Counted from the stretch's first letter, positions 13,883 through 28,244 are shown. The stretch: DNA of 64,000 bases from the human T2T-CHM13v2.0 reference genome, Homo sapiens (GCF_009914755.1 NC_060928.1), one strand, 5' to 3'. The notes: generated from the letters alone by a model not told the origin. Program-made: numbers and translations.

Positions 13883-13962
13883 TTAGGTTGGTGCAAAAGT
13901 AACTGGGGTCTTTGCCATTAAAAGTAATGACAAAGACCACAATTACTTTTGCACCAACCCAA
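13883..13962. mobile_element. MADE1 (Hsmar1-derived MITE), 80-bp hairpin
   Basis: ttaggttggtgcaaaagtaa...ttacttttgcaccaacccaa, followed by TA. Confidence 0.95.
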
Positions 13963-14559
13963 TATTTTGACAAAGTGTATTTGATGATGAATTTACCAAA
14001 GCACTGTATTATAATCTCTTTTACTAAATACGTTAGAAGAATATACAAATTTTCCTGCTTAAAAACCAGAATGGTATGGGGGATGAGAGTTGGGGTGGGG
14101 GTGGTGAAAGTTAGAAGTGAATGAAAGCATTTTCTAAGATAAGTAGCCCCTCCTCCTACACTGAAAGTCCTTTCTGAGACAGTATTCTGTCCCCTTCAGA
14201 GTTAATGTAAGGCCTGGATGCAGGCAGGACAACATGGATGGAAAGAATTAGCTGGGTACCAGATGCAGCCGGCAACTTCCAGTCTGACTGCGTAAAAACC
14301 CTGAAAATAAGCACAGAAAAACAAACAGCTTTGAAAAGATAAAAACATTTGACAGTTTCAAGAGGTGATGACATTATGTTTTTCCTCCCATGGGATGAAT
14401 CAAAAAACAGTTCCTCAAATAGATTTTACATAATTAAAGAAATCTCTCTGCCTAAAGTAAACCAACTGAATTGGAGAGTGGAGTCTGGAGCAAATGCCCT
14501 GATTTCTGATTCACTGTAAAGATTGCATTTGAATGCAATTCTAATTACACAGACCTTTT

Positions 14560-14785
14560 TGTGGTTAAGAGTATAGCCTCCTCAGTCAGACTGCCTGGGT
14601 TTAAATTTGGACTTAGTCTTTTACAAGCTGTTTGGGCACATTATTTATTCTCTGCAAATTGGGGACACAAGTAATATGCCCCTCATGGCTGAAGAATGGA
14701 TGAGAACATGCATGACAGATGCTTACAACAGTGGATGCCACATAGTAATATCTTGATTAGTGTTAGTATTAGCTGTTATTATTAC
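14560..14785 (+). mobile_element. MIR
   Basis: gtggttaagagt...cagactgcctgggtttaaat...tagctgttattatt. Confidence 0.8.
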
Positions 14786-14874
14786 TTATAGTAACATTAA
14801 TACAATTTAATCCTTCTGATTATATCAGGGAGGGAGTCTCTGGTTGGGACTGGTCTTTAGCATGTATGTAATTG

Positions 14875-15102
14875 TTATCAGCTGCCTCTTGTTTCAGGGT
14901 TCCAGGTTTCTCCACACTCTAGTAACACTTTCCTCTTCTTGCCTTTCAGACTTGCGGGAGGTTCTGGAGTCCCATGGTTGTTAATCTCTGGAGGCTTCAC
15001 CATCCTTTGTGGGTTCCTTTAATTATCTTCATTGCCTCAAAAGCTGTAAGTCAAATGTTTTGAGCTTTCCATATGCTTTGTGCTAGGATTGTCACTAATA
15101 CA
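14875..15102 (+). mobile_element. ERVL LTR33/LTR16-like 3' fragment
   Basis: ctagtaacacttt...tgcctttcagactt...ends cactaataca. Confidence 0.5.
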
Positions 15103-15492
15103 TCTATGTCACATTTAAATAACTCTGAAAACTAAGAGGGGTGTGGCATACTGTAGTTTCATTTTAAAATTTAGTTAAAATTAAAATTAAAAATGTATAA
15201 TTAAAAATTTAATTTTACAGGGCAGTTTTCCTGTACAAATGTAAAACTATTATAGATTAATATGTACTATCTGGCTAATTCCAGTTTTATATTTTGTGGT
15301 GACATCATACTTACCATCAAGAAGAAACATTTTCCCCCCTGAGTAAATTGCTGAATATTGCCTACTAAGAGTCCTCAATTACAGACAATGATTAAGCCAA
15401 AATGTAAACAGGCGTACCAGACATTGGGATGCCTGCTTAGACCTGGATTGGACCAGGTCAGTAATTTACTTTTAACTCTTTGCCTGTGGTAA

Positions 15493-15826
<334 letters not shown>

Positions 15827-15874
15827 TTTATCTGTTTGGAGCTGGCATTCAGTGTCTTTATATACCCAGACCAG

Positions 15875-16997
15875 TGATCGGGCTCAGGACATGCTACCCC
15901 CATATGTGACTGTAGGAGAACAGAATATGCCACCTCAAAATAAGGATTATTTATGAGCTGGCCACTTTGAGAAACAGCAGCCACAGAAGAATCTCTGAAA
16001 ACCAGAGTAGAAGTTACCTTTTTGAAAGGGAAATTTATAGCTTTATAAATCTTCATCTGTAAGGGTGTCTCCCTCTCTGTACCAGGAAGAGAAGGGTGAC
16101 TAAATAATTAGATACTCTTATCAATGCAGAAGGCACAGATTTAAATTTGGATATCAAACCTTACTCTTGTTTATCGTACTTTTTCTGGGCATCTCCCCAT
16201 AACTGGCTCTCCCCCACACCCTTCATTCTTGGTTTCAGCAGGGTGATGGTATTTAAGCCCAAACTCTGAGCCACTGCACTGTAATTAACTCATTTTCCCC
16301 CTGAGTATCTCACATGTATATGCTGGGGCTCAGAAAATGATACCCCAAGGAATGGGGCTTTGGCATACTGAGTACTTTGAACTAAAGGGTAGTGGAAGTC
16401 TCAGTAGTGAGATCTTTCTGACCTTCTGCTGCTCTTCCTTCTCTTGCTCCCCTTTTTCCCATAAGGCAGGTGTTAGAAACTAGAATTCCTCTTTCCCAAG
16501 GCAGGTCCTAGAAAATAGAACCCCTCTTCCCCAAAGCCAGCCATAAAAACTAGAATTACTACTTTAATCTTCCCCCGCTTTTCTGTCTAGATCTAGGAGG
16601 TGACCATAAAGACATTTTCTGATCTACTCTTATCTGATAGCATTCTGGAAGGGGTTCTGCCCTGTTCTCAGGAGGAGGAATACCACACAGAGAGGCCAGG
16701 AAGAATCCGAACAGACAGGCCTTGCTGGTTTCCTTACTCAATCTATTACCATTAAAACATACCCTTTCTGTCCAATCACGTTTCTACATGGCTGTCCATT
16801 CTTCATTCAACTTAAGCATAAAAATTAATAGTTTTCCCTTTATCTTTGGGTCTTTATTTCTGAAGGCTCCTGTGTCATGTGAAATTTTGATCAATCTTTT
16901 ATGCTTTTCTCTTGTTAACCAGTCTTTTTTTTACAGGAGTATCAGCTGTGACCCTTATGATGGATTAGGAAGGGCATCACATCTATGCACTGCTATA
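15875..16997 (+). mobile_element. Stack of MER34/MER39-group ERV1 LTR pieces
   Basis: Three LTR-start signatures: tgatcgggctcaggacatgctacccc (15875), tgtaggagaacagaatatgccacctcaaaat (15911), tgctggggctcagaaaatgatacccca (16321). Confidence 0.7.
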
Positions 16998-17507
16998 CGT
17001 TCAAGTTACTGTGTGCTACAGGCACATAGTAAGCAATCAATTCATATTTTGAGGGTATAGGTGTCACTTAGAGTCCACATTGTGTATATGGGTATTGTTT
17101 TCAATATATGAGTATTGCTTTAACATGTAAACTCACATTTCTTGCTTTTCCAAAAATATAATTTGTGGATGTTTAGATAAAGAGAGTAGTTGCTCATGAC
17201 TCTTCAAATAAAGTTTAATCACAATGTTAATAGGCTAATTTACTGTTAAGCCAATGACTAACACATGCTCTTTTTCTGGTATAAAATTTAAATTATAAAT
17301 CAGGAACAGACACTCCTGACATGTGAAGCTTGTATACTGATGGTGTCTAACAAAACTGAAATGTCTATTTGTGTACACATAACCAAAATAAGGTTCATAT
17401 ATTCTGGCTTAATAGCAAACACAAACATTAATTGGAAAATGTTGAAATGTTAATTAAACTTTATCAATGTCAGATTTTAGTTTTTAAAAAAGTCAAGGAT
17501 GAAGGGA

Positions 17508-17710
17508 ACTAACGTTATTAAGAACCAGGAAGCTTAAATACAATTTTCTATTTAATTCTCACAATAATAGCAAGGTTAGGTATTATTCTCTCCACTTTAT
17601 TGGGGAGGAAATGGCTCAGAGAAGTTATATGACTCACATTAATCAGCGTTAAGTGGCAAAATAGTAATTGAAATCCAGTTTGGATTACTCAAATCTTAAG
17701 TTCTTTCCAT
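17508..17710 (-). mobile_element. MIR
   Basis: atttaattctcacaat...gaggaaatggctcagagaagtta core. Confidence 0.75.
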
Positions 17711-17796
17711 GATTTTATATTGCTATGTAGGTGAAAAGTAGTGCATTAACTTTTTCCTGTTCATTTCTCTATAGCTAATTTCTGAGCAGTTGTTGA

Positions 17797-18245
<449 letters not shown>

Positions 18246-19294
18246 TCTCCCTCCTTTCTTCCCGTCTTTCTTTTTTTCTTCCCTGATATCTGGATTTCTT
18301 CACAATAAATTATGCAGTGAATTCCTCAGTGTCACTGATGGTAAGACTGTAGTGATGTAGGCTGTCCTTGCAAAACAGTCAGGAACAAACGCAATTCAAA
18401 GAGAAGAATGAGAAACCTAGGAAACATAAGATGATGGGGAATCAGGGGCTGAAGAATAAAAAATGAGAGAACAGAAATAGAAGGAACATAAAGTTTGGTT
18501 TGGTTCATTAAAAAATCATAATATGTACCTTTCTAAATTGTTTAGATTTCTATGACCATATTTTAGACTGAGAATAATTACTAATTACCTACAGCTAGAT
18601 TCAGAGGCAGGTCAATCTTATTTGTTCCTGTAAATACACGGGACAAGGGTGTTTACATGAAATTAAATTTACAGTGTTATATTTGAATCTATTAGAAGGG
18701 CCAGTTTTTTAAATCATATACCCCATCTTTTATAATTCAAGAACAATTTCAACTTAAAACAGATATATATCCTATTTGCAGAATGCCTATTCATTTTATC
18801 TCTACCAATAAACAGATGATAATAAGAAACATTCTACAAGGATGTCAGTAGTAATAATGGCAATAGGTAAGGAGTAACTCTTTAATTAAAGCAGATATGA
18901 AAACATTGGGATTTATGAGAAATATGTTAGAGATACAGAGTGGGATATCTCCAAACAGTTTTCCTTGCACATTTGAAATTTTATTTTATAAAATTCTATT
19001 TACATGCAACTTTTCAAGATACACCTGATATGCAAAGAAGTATCACTTGTTATAATTTTCAAGATTAACACCACCACCACTACCACCATGACCACCATCA
19101 CAGTCAAAATTCCCTCCATTAAAAAATATTTTATTAACCAGAAGCTTAGAATAAGCAAGTTATATTATTATTTAAAAAGTGATTTTTTGTTGTTAAAAAC
19201 TTTGTAAGGTCTTGTTAATTCTGCATATTAAAAAAATACTCTCAGCTCTGATGATATCTTCTCAGGGAAACTTTTTATTTATCTATTTATGTAG

Positions 19295-19515
19295 AAATTT
19301 TAATTGTGGTAAAATATACATAGCATAAAATCTACCATCTTAACTATTTTTATGTGTGTAGTTCTACGGCATTGCTGTGTTACCGATGCCACCATGCATC
19401 CACAGAACCCTTTCATCTTGTAAAATTGAAACTCTGTATCTATTAAACAATAACTCTCCATTGCCCCATTTCCCTAGCCCCTGGCAACCATTATTCTACC
19501 TCCTGTCTCTATGAG
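19295..19515 (-). mobile_element. L1MB-type 3' end
   Basis: ttttaattgtggtaaaatatacatagcataaaatctaccatcttaac...ccctagcccctggcaaccatt. Confidence 0.8.
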
Positions 19516-20187
19516 TTCTTTTTATCTTTTTGACATCATTTCTCCTGTGTTGAGTTAAGTGCCTTCTCTTAGGACCCCTCGTCACCTTGAGCACAGCTTG
19601 GTCTTTCAATCTTGATAGATTTATTCATTTATTCATGCATTTGTTTAGTCATTAAAAATGGATTCATTGTTTCCTTATTCTGGTTCAGGTGCTGTAAGTT
19701 TCTAGAAGTCTGGGCCCATAGTAACTCGTGCCCACCCAAGTGTCAGGCTTATAGTAACTGCCTCATATAGTATTATGTGGCAGAAATGTGCACATATTTG
19801 AATCTGGCATGTGTCATTTGTAAAAGTTTGGGAAGCAAATTTAAAATGTTTATTGGTTTGTAAATTTCCCTCCAACATTTCATCAAATGATAAACTGCTG
19901 GTACATGCTGGTAATGAAGGTAGGATATCTAAAGCAGCACATTTAATGTTTCCATTTGGTCTTTTGTGTGTATCATTCCTTTTAGTGTTCTATTAGTTTC
20001 TTTTATAGTTGGGTTTTTTATTTTTGGTCTTAGGACATATTACATACAAATAGTCCTTTAAGTTTTATTTAAATCACAAAAAAGATATACTAGAAAATGA
20101 ATAATGAAGACGGAGGAATTTGTTTCTAAAACAAGTGAAGAACTGAGGTATAGTTTGAAAAATCCAGATACAAGTTTTAGATACTTT

Positions 20188-20292
20188 GACTTCTACTTCT
20201 GGCTAAGTTGGAGACTGAATTTATTTTCCTAACTGAAACAACTGGAATATTGTATAAAATATATGAAACCATAGTTCTCAAGACATTGGACA
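20188..20292 (+). mobile_element. Old L1M 5' UTR fragment
   Basis: gacttctacttctggc...aaaatatatgaaac...ttctcaagacattggacat. Confidence 0.5.
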
Positions 20293-20570
20293 TAGAGTCC
20301 CACTCTGTTGCCTAGGCTGGAGTGCAGTGATCCGATCTTGGCTCACTGCAGTCTTGACCTCCAAGGTTCAAGTGAACCTCCCACCTCAGCCTCCTGAGTA
20401 GCTGGGACCACAAGCACGCACTACCACACCTGGCTAGTTTTTTGTATTTTTTGTAGAGATGGGATTTCACCATGTTGCCCAGGCTGGCCTCAAACTCCTG
20501 AGGTCAAGCAGTCTGCTTGACTCGGCTTCCAAAGTGCTGAGATTACAGGAGTGAACCATTGTGCCCAGTT
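20293..20570 (-). mobile_element. AluJ lacking poly-A end
   Basis: Antisense dimer starting at agagtcccactctgttgcc with no T-tract. Confidence 0.9.
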
Positions 20571-20574
20571 GACT

Positions 20575-21657
<1,083 letters not shown>

Positions 21658-22587
21658 ATTTGAAAATAAAGATGAAATAAATATGCTTTCATATATTAAA
21701 AAAACTGAAAGGATTAATCATAAAAAGACCTGTACTACCAAAGCAAACCAAACCAAACAAAAGCCCAAACCATTGAAAGAAAGACTTTCAAGCAGAACAT
21801 AATGATACAAGGTGGAAATTGAGATCTATATAAAAGGTCCAGAGCTGGTAACTGCATAGGTAAATATTTTTTTCTCTTATTATTTAAATTTCTTTAAATC
21901 ACAAACAACTGTTTAAATTACAAATAATAACTATGTATTTTGGAGTTTAAAACCTATGTATAAAATTTTTGATAATAGCACAAAGGACAGGAGGGGAAAA
22001 CTATATACTATTGTAAGTTTCTTTTATTCTATATTCTCTGATATAATATCACACGAAGGTAAACTATGATAAGCTAAAGATGTATACTACAAACTCTGAA
22101 GCAACCAATAAAATAAAACAGCAAAAACAAAGTTAACATTAAACAGAGAAGAGAGAATAGAATAACAAAAATTAGACAAATAATTCCAAAGAAAGCAGAA
22201 AAGAGGAAACAAAAAGGAGATGGGACAAATACAAAACAAATAGTAAGACTGCAGATTTAAACATCAGCATGTCAATCACCATAGTAAATGCAAATGGTCT
22301 AAACAATGTAATTAAAAGGAAGATTATCAGATTTGATATAAAAGAAAGACCTAACTGTATACTGCCTCCAGTCCCCCGACCTCAACTTTAAATGTAAAGG
22401 CACAAAAAGTAAAAGGATAGAAAAGACACACCATGTTAGCACTAATTAAAAACAAACAAACAAACTGAAATGGCCCTTGGTATCAAAGAAAATGGATTTT
22501 ATAGCAAGGAGTTTTCCCAAGGATAAATAATATAATTTTATTTGTTAAAGGCATTACCTTTATATATATAATTTTTATCTCCTTTAA

Positions 22588-22650
22588 ATACTATACTATA
22601 CTATACTATACTATACTATACTATACTATACTATACTATACTATACTATA
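22588..22650 (+). repeat. (CTATA)n microsatellite
   Basis: About 12 perfect pentamer units. Confidence 0.95.
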
Positions 22651-22685
22651 ATATACTGCAATAATTTCATTTATTAAAGGTGTTA

Positions 22686-22811
22686 CAACCAACCTGACCC
22701 AAGTGATATTTATAGGGAACTTTTCTCAACAACAGCAGGATACAAATTCTTTTTAAAAGCACAAGGAATATTTACCAACAAGATATTCTATGTCTAGACT
22801 ACTAAATGAAT
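22686..22811 (+). repeat. Direct copy of 23224-23346
   Basis: By-eye alignment gives 6 substitutions and one 3-bp indel over about 123 bp. Confidence 0.92.
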
Positions 22812-22986
22812 TCTCTCTTCTTTCTTTAATGTTAACTATGTTTTTGTTGTCGTATTTTATTGGTTGTTTTAGAGTTTGTAGTGTACATCTTTAGCTTATC
22901 ATAGTTTACCTTCATGTGATATTATACCACAGAACATAGAATAAAAGAAACTTAATAGTATATGTCTAGTTTTCCCCTCCTGGCCT
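22810..22986 (-). repeat. Inverted copy of 21984-22158
   Basis: Reverse complement aligns with about 14 substitutions and 2 small indels over about 175 bp. Confidence 0.92.
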
Positions 22987-23610
22987 CATGTACTCAACAT
23001 GAGAACATAGCAATCTGAAATATTTGTGACCCAAATAACACTACTTCAACCTACATGAAAAAAACAAAACAAAAACAGAAAGAACTGTAAGAAAAAAATA
23101 CAAATCCATAATTAGAGTGAGCGATTTCAACATTTCAATTATAGTCAGAGATTTTCTATCTCTTAATGGTTAATAGAACAAATGGAAAATCAGTTAGGTT
23201 ATAGAAGACTTGAATAACGCTACCAACCAACCTGACCCAAGTGATATTTATAGGGAGCTTTTCCCAACAACAGCAGGATACACATTCTTTTTCAAAGCAC
23301 AAGGAACATTTACCAAGATATTCTATGTCTGGACTACTAAATGAATCTCAATAAATTTAAGAGGCTTCAAGTCATGTAAAGTACCTTCTCTAACCATGAT
23401 AGAAATAAATTAGAAATCAATAACAGAAAAATATCTGGAAAATTTCTAAGAATTTGGAAACAAAATAACACATTTCTAAATAACCCATATTTCAAAGAAT
23501 AAATAAAGAAGGAAATTAGAAAATGCTTTGAACTGAATGAAAATAAAAACACAATATATCAAAATTTTTGAGATGCTGCTGAAGCAGTACTTAGAGGGAA
23601 ACTGATAGCA

Positions 23611-23673
23611 CTGTGAATAGCCACTGCACTCCAGTTTGGACAACATAGTGGGACCCCATCTCTAATTTTAAAA
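23611..23673 (+). mobile_element. FAM/FLAM (7SL-derived) 3' fragment
   Basis: ctgtgaatagccactgcactccagtttggacaacatagtgggaccccatctc. Confidence 0.8.
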
Positions 23674-23881
23674 ATAGCAAATTGAATGCCGTAATATGTA
23701 AAAATGATAATGCATCATGATCAAGTGGAGTTTGTCTCTGGAAAGCAAGGCGGGTATAACATTTGAAAATCAAGTGATGGAATTTAGTGAAATTTATCAT
23801 ATTAACAGACTAAGTAGATGCTCTCATGTGATCATCTCAAAAGATGCAGTAAAAGCATTAGATAAAATCCAAAATCCATTC

Positions 23882-25221
23882 TTACTTTTTATGAGTATAT
23901 AGTACGTGTATATCATTATGGAGTATAGACAATATTTTGATGCAGGCATGCAATGTGTGATGATCACATCATGGAAAATGGGGTATCCAGTCCCTCAAGC
24001 ATTTATCTTTTGTATTACAAACAATCTAATTATACTCTCTTAATTAATAATTTCGAGACAGGGTCTCTTTCTGTTGCCTAGGCTGCAGTGGCATGATCTC
24101 GGCTCACTGTCTTTTAGTTATTTTAAACTGTACAATTAAATTATTTTGACTATAGTCACTCTGTTGTGCTACCAAATGCTATGTATTATTCACTCTTTCT
24201 AACTTTTGTTTTGTGTCTATTAACCATCCTCATTTCCCTTACACCTCCCCATATCGTTCCCAGCCTCTGGTAACCATCCTTCTACTCTCTATCTCCATGT
24301 GTTAAATTATTTTGATTTTTAAATCCCACACATAAGTGAGAACATGCAGTTTGCCTTTCTGTGCCTGGCTTATTTCACTTAACATAATGACCTCCAGTTT
24401 CATTCATGATGTTGCAGATGACAGGATCTCATTTTTTTTTTATGGCTGAATAGTACTTCATTGTGTACAAGAACCACATTTTCTTTATCCACTCATCTGT
24501 TGATGGACACTTAGGTTGCTTCCAAATCTTGGCTATTGTGAACAGTGCTGCAATAAAAGTGGGAGCGCAGATATCTCTTTGATATGCTGATTTCCTTTCT
24601 TTTGGGTATATATCCAGCAGTGAGATTGCTGGATCATATTTTTAGTTTTCCTGAGGAACCTCCAAACTGTTCTCTATAGGGTTTGTACTAGTTTACATTC
24701 CTACCAACAGTGTACAATAGTTCCCTTTTCTCTACATCCTTTCCAGCAGTTCTTATTGCTGTCTTTTGGGTAAAAGCCATTGTAACCGGGTGAGATGATA
24801 TCTCATTGTAGTTTTGATATGCATTTCTCTGATGATCAATGATGTTGAGCATCTTTTCAGATGTCTACTTGTCATTTGTATGTCTCCTTTTGAGAAATGT
24901 CTATTCAGATCTTTTGCCCATTTTAAATCAGATTATTAGATATTTTCCTGTAGAATTTTTGAGCTCTTTATAAATTCTGGTTATTAATCCTTTATCAAAT
25001 AGGTAGTTTGCAATATTTTCTCCAATTCTGTGGTTTGTCTCTTCCTTTGTTGATTGTATCCTTTGCTTGCAGAAGCTTTTTAACTTGATGTAATCCCATT
25101 TCTGCATTTTTGCTTTGGTTATCTGCACTCGTGGGATGTTATTCAAGAATTTTTCACCCAGACCTGTGTCCTAGAGAGTTTGCCCAATGTTTTCTTGTAG
25201 CAGTTTCATAGCTTGAGGTCT
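23882..25221 (-). mobile_element. L1MA1/2-like 3' part (non-inverted), containing a ~60-bp Alu fragment at ~24050-24110
   Basis: caggcatgcaatgtgtgatgatcacatcatggaaaatggggtatcc 3' UTR and ORF2 end in antisense. Confidence 0.88.
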
Positions 25222-26793
25222 GACCACAATTGAATACTGGAAACCAACTAGAGGAATTTTGGAAACTATATGAACACGTTGAAATTAAACAATATGCTCC
25301 CGAATGACCAGTGGGTCAAAGAAGAAATTAAGAAGAAAATTGAAAAATTTCTTGAAACAAATGATAATGGAAACACAACATACCAAAACCTATGGGATAC
25401 AGTGAAAGTAGTACTAAGAGAAATTTATAGCTATAAGTGCCTACATCAAAAAAGAAGAAAAACTTTAAATAAATAACTTAATGATTCATCTGAAGGAATT
25501 AGAAAAGCAAGAGCAAAGCGAATGCAAAATTAGTAGAAGAAAAGAAATAATAAAGATCAGAGCAGAAATAAATGAATTTGAAATGAAAAAATACAAAAGA
25601 TCAATGAAACGAACAGTTGGTTTTTTTTGAAAAGATAAACAAAATTGACAAAGAAAAATGGAGAAGACCCAAATAAATAAAATCCGAGATGAAAAAGGAA
25701 CATTACAACTGATACTGCAGAACTTCAGAAAATCATTATTGGCTATGAGCAACCATATAACCATAAATTGGAAAATCTAGAGGAAATAGATAGATACATA
25801 CAACCTACCAAGATTGAGCCATGAAGAAATCCAAAACCTGAACAGACCAATAACAAATAATGAGATCAAAGCTGTAATAAAAGGTCTCCCACTAAGCAAA
25901 AGCCCAGGACCTGATGGACTCACTGTTGAATTCTACCAAACATTTAAAGAAGAATTAATACCAATCCTACTCAAACTATTCTAAAAAATAGAGGAGGAGA
26001 GGGAATACCTCCAAACTCATTCTATGAGGCCAGTATCACTCTGATAACGAAAGTAGACAAAGACACATGAAAAAAAGAAAACTACAGGCCGATATCTTTG
26101 ATGAGTATTGATATAAATATCCTCAACAAAATACTTGCAAACTGAACTCAACAATATATTAAAAAGATCATTCATTATAACCAAGTAGGATTTATCCCAG
26201 GGATGCAAAGATAGTTCAACATACGCAAATCAATCAATGTGATCTATCATGTCAACCAAAGGAAGGACAAAAACCACATGATCATTTCATTTGATGCTGA
26301 AAAAGCATTTTATAAAATTCAACATCCATTCATGATAAAAACCCTCAAACAACTGGGTATAGCAGGAACATATCTCAACATAATACAAACCTTATATGAT
26401 AGACCCACAGCTAGTATCATATTAAATGGGGAAAATCAGAAAGGCTTTCCTTTAAGATCTGGAACATGACAAGGATGCCCACCATCACCACTGTTATTCA
26501 ATATAATACTGGAAATCCCAACTAGAACAATCAGACAAGAGAAAGAAATAAAGGGCATCCAAATTCGAGAGGAAGAAGTCAAATTACCCTTGTTTGCAAA
26601 TGACATGATCTTATATTTGGAAAAACCTAAAGACTTAACCAAAAAACTATTAGAACTGATAAACAATTTCAGTAAAGTCACAGGCTACAAAATCAACCTA
26701 TGAAAGTCAGTAGCATATCTATATGCCAAAAGTGACCATTCTGAAAAAAAGTAATACCATTTACAATAGTCGCAAATAAAATAAAATACCTAG
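25222..26793 (+). mobile_element. L1MA ORF2 (EN end to RT), inverted segment
   Basis: Translates to L1 ORF2 peptides [26 protein letters not shown] and [28 protein letters not shown]; frameshifted. Confidence 0.92.
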
Positions 26794-28236
26794 ACTTAAA
26801 TAAGTTGAAAGATATATCTGTTTATAAATTGGAAGACTCAGTACTGTCAACAAATTAATTAAATTGTATAAATTTAAAAATTGATTCTAAAATCCATATG
26901 AAAATATAAAGGATATGGACTTGCCAAAACAATATCAAATAAGAACAAAGTTGGAGAATTTACCCTTTCTCACTTGAAGTCCTATTATATAATTATATTA
27001 ATCAAGACAGTATGATATTAGTGTCAAGATAGGCATATGGATTAACAGAACATAATAGAGTCCAGAAATTGACCCACACATATATGGCAAATTTTTTCTA
27101 AATGGCAAAGTCAATTTCATGGAGGAAAGATAGCCTTTACAACGAATGTTGCTGGAACAATTGGATCTCCATGTACGAAACAATGGACTTGGATATATAC
27201 CATGAACTAGGAAGAAATAAACTAAAAATGAATGACAGACAGTTGTAAAACCTAAAACTATAAATCTTATAGAAGAATAATGGAAGAAAATCATTGTGAG
27301 CATGATTTAGGCAAATAATCCATAAAAAACAACACCAGAACATGATCCATAAAAGAAAAAATGGATAAATTGGACTTAATCAAAATTAAGAACCTCTGCT
27401 CTTCATAAAATATTGTTAAGAGAATGAAAAGGCACTACAAACTAGGAGAAAGTATTTGCAAGTTGAATATCTGATAAATACTTATATTCAGAATATACAA
27501 AGAACTGTCAAAACTCTCATAATAGTAATAATAAACCCATTTAAAAAGTGGGTAATATATTTGAACAGACACTTCACCGAAAAAGACATGAATGGCAAAT
27601 AAGAAAAGATGCTCAACATTATTAGTCATTAGGAGAATGCAAATTAAAACCCCAGTGAAATACCTCTACAGGCCTATTGAAATATCTAAACTTAAAGACT
27701 GACCATTTGAAATGTTGACAAGAAGGTGGAGAAACTCTTATTCCCTACTGGCAATATAAAGTGATACAACCATTTTGGGAAAGAGTCTGGCAATTTCTTA
27801 AAAACGTAAAGTTACCATATGACCCAGCCATTCTATTTTTAGGCATTTACCTAAGAGGAATGGAATGAATGTCCACACAAAAACTTGTACCAAGATTATG
27901 TCAGCTTTTTCTGTAGTAGCCTCAAACTGGAAATAACCCAAATGTCCATCAATGTGTGAATGGATAAAGAAATTGTGGAATATTTCTTATAATAAAATGA
28001 ATGGAAGTGCAACAACATGGATGGAATTTCAAAGGTCTTAATGCTGAGTAAAAGAAGCCAGTAAAAAGGGTGTATATTATATGATAAAATTAGTAAAAGT
28101 CCTAGGAATATGTTCAGTATTTTGATTTGGTGATGGTTCCACAGGTATATATTTATGTCAAAACTTGACAAATTATGCATTTTAAATATGTATGGTTTAT
28201 TATATGCCAATCATACCCCAATAAAATTGTTAAAAA
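26794..28236 (+). mobile_element. Old L1ME-type ORF2 C-terminus and 3' UTR (continuation of host L1)
   Basis: ttggaagactcagtactgt...gaaattgacccacacatatatggcaa...caataaaattgttaaaaa. Confidence 0.85.
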
Positions 28237-28244
28237 TTCTGCCA

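Larger units (their letters stand above)
21660..23881 (+). mobile_element. Old L1ME/L1MD: ORF1 end, inter-ORF region, ORF2 EN to RT fragments
   Basis: gtaaatgcaaatggtctaaac (N-x-N-G-L-N start of the endonuclease), gaccacaat/aaccatgatagaaataaattagaaatcaat and aaagatgcagtaaaagcattagataaaatcca RT motifs; heavily degenerate. Confidence 0.8.

Noticed and set aside
25270-26681. ORFs with L1 endonuclease/RT peptides
   Set aside because: Fragments of a dead, frameshifted L1MA ORF2; not a gene.
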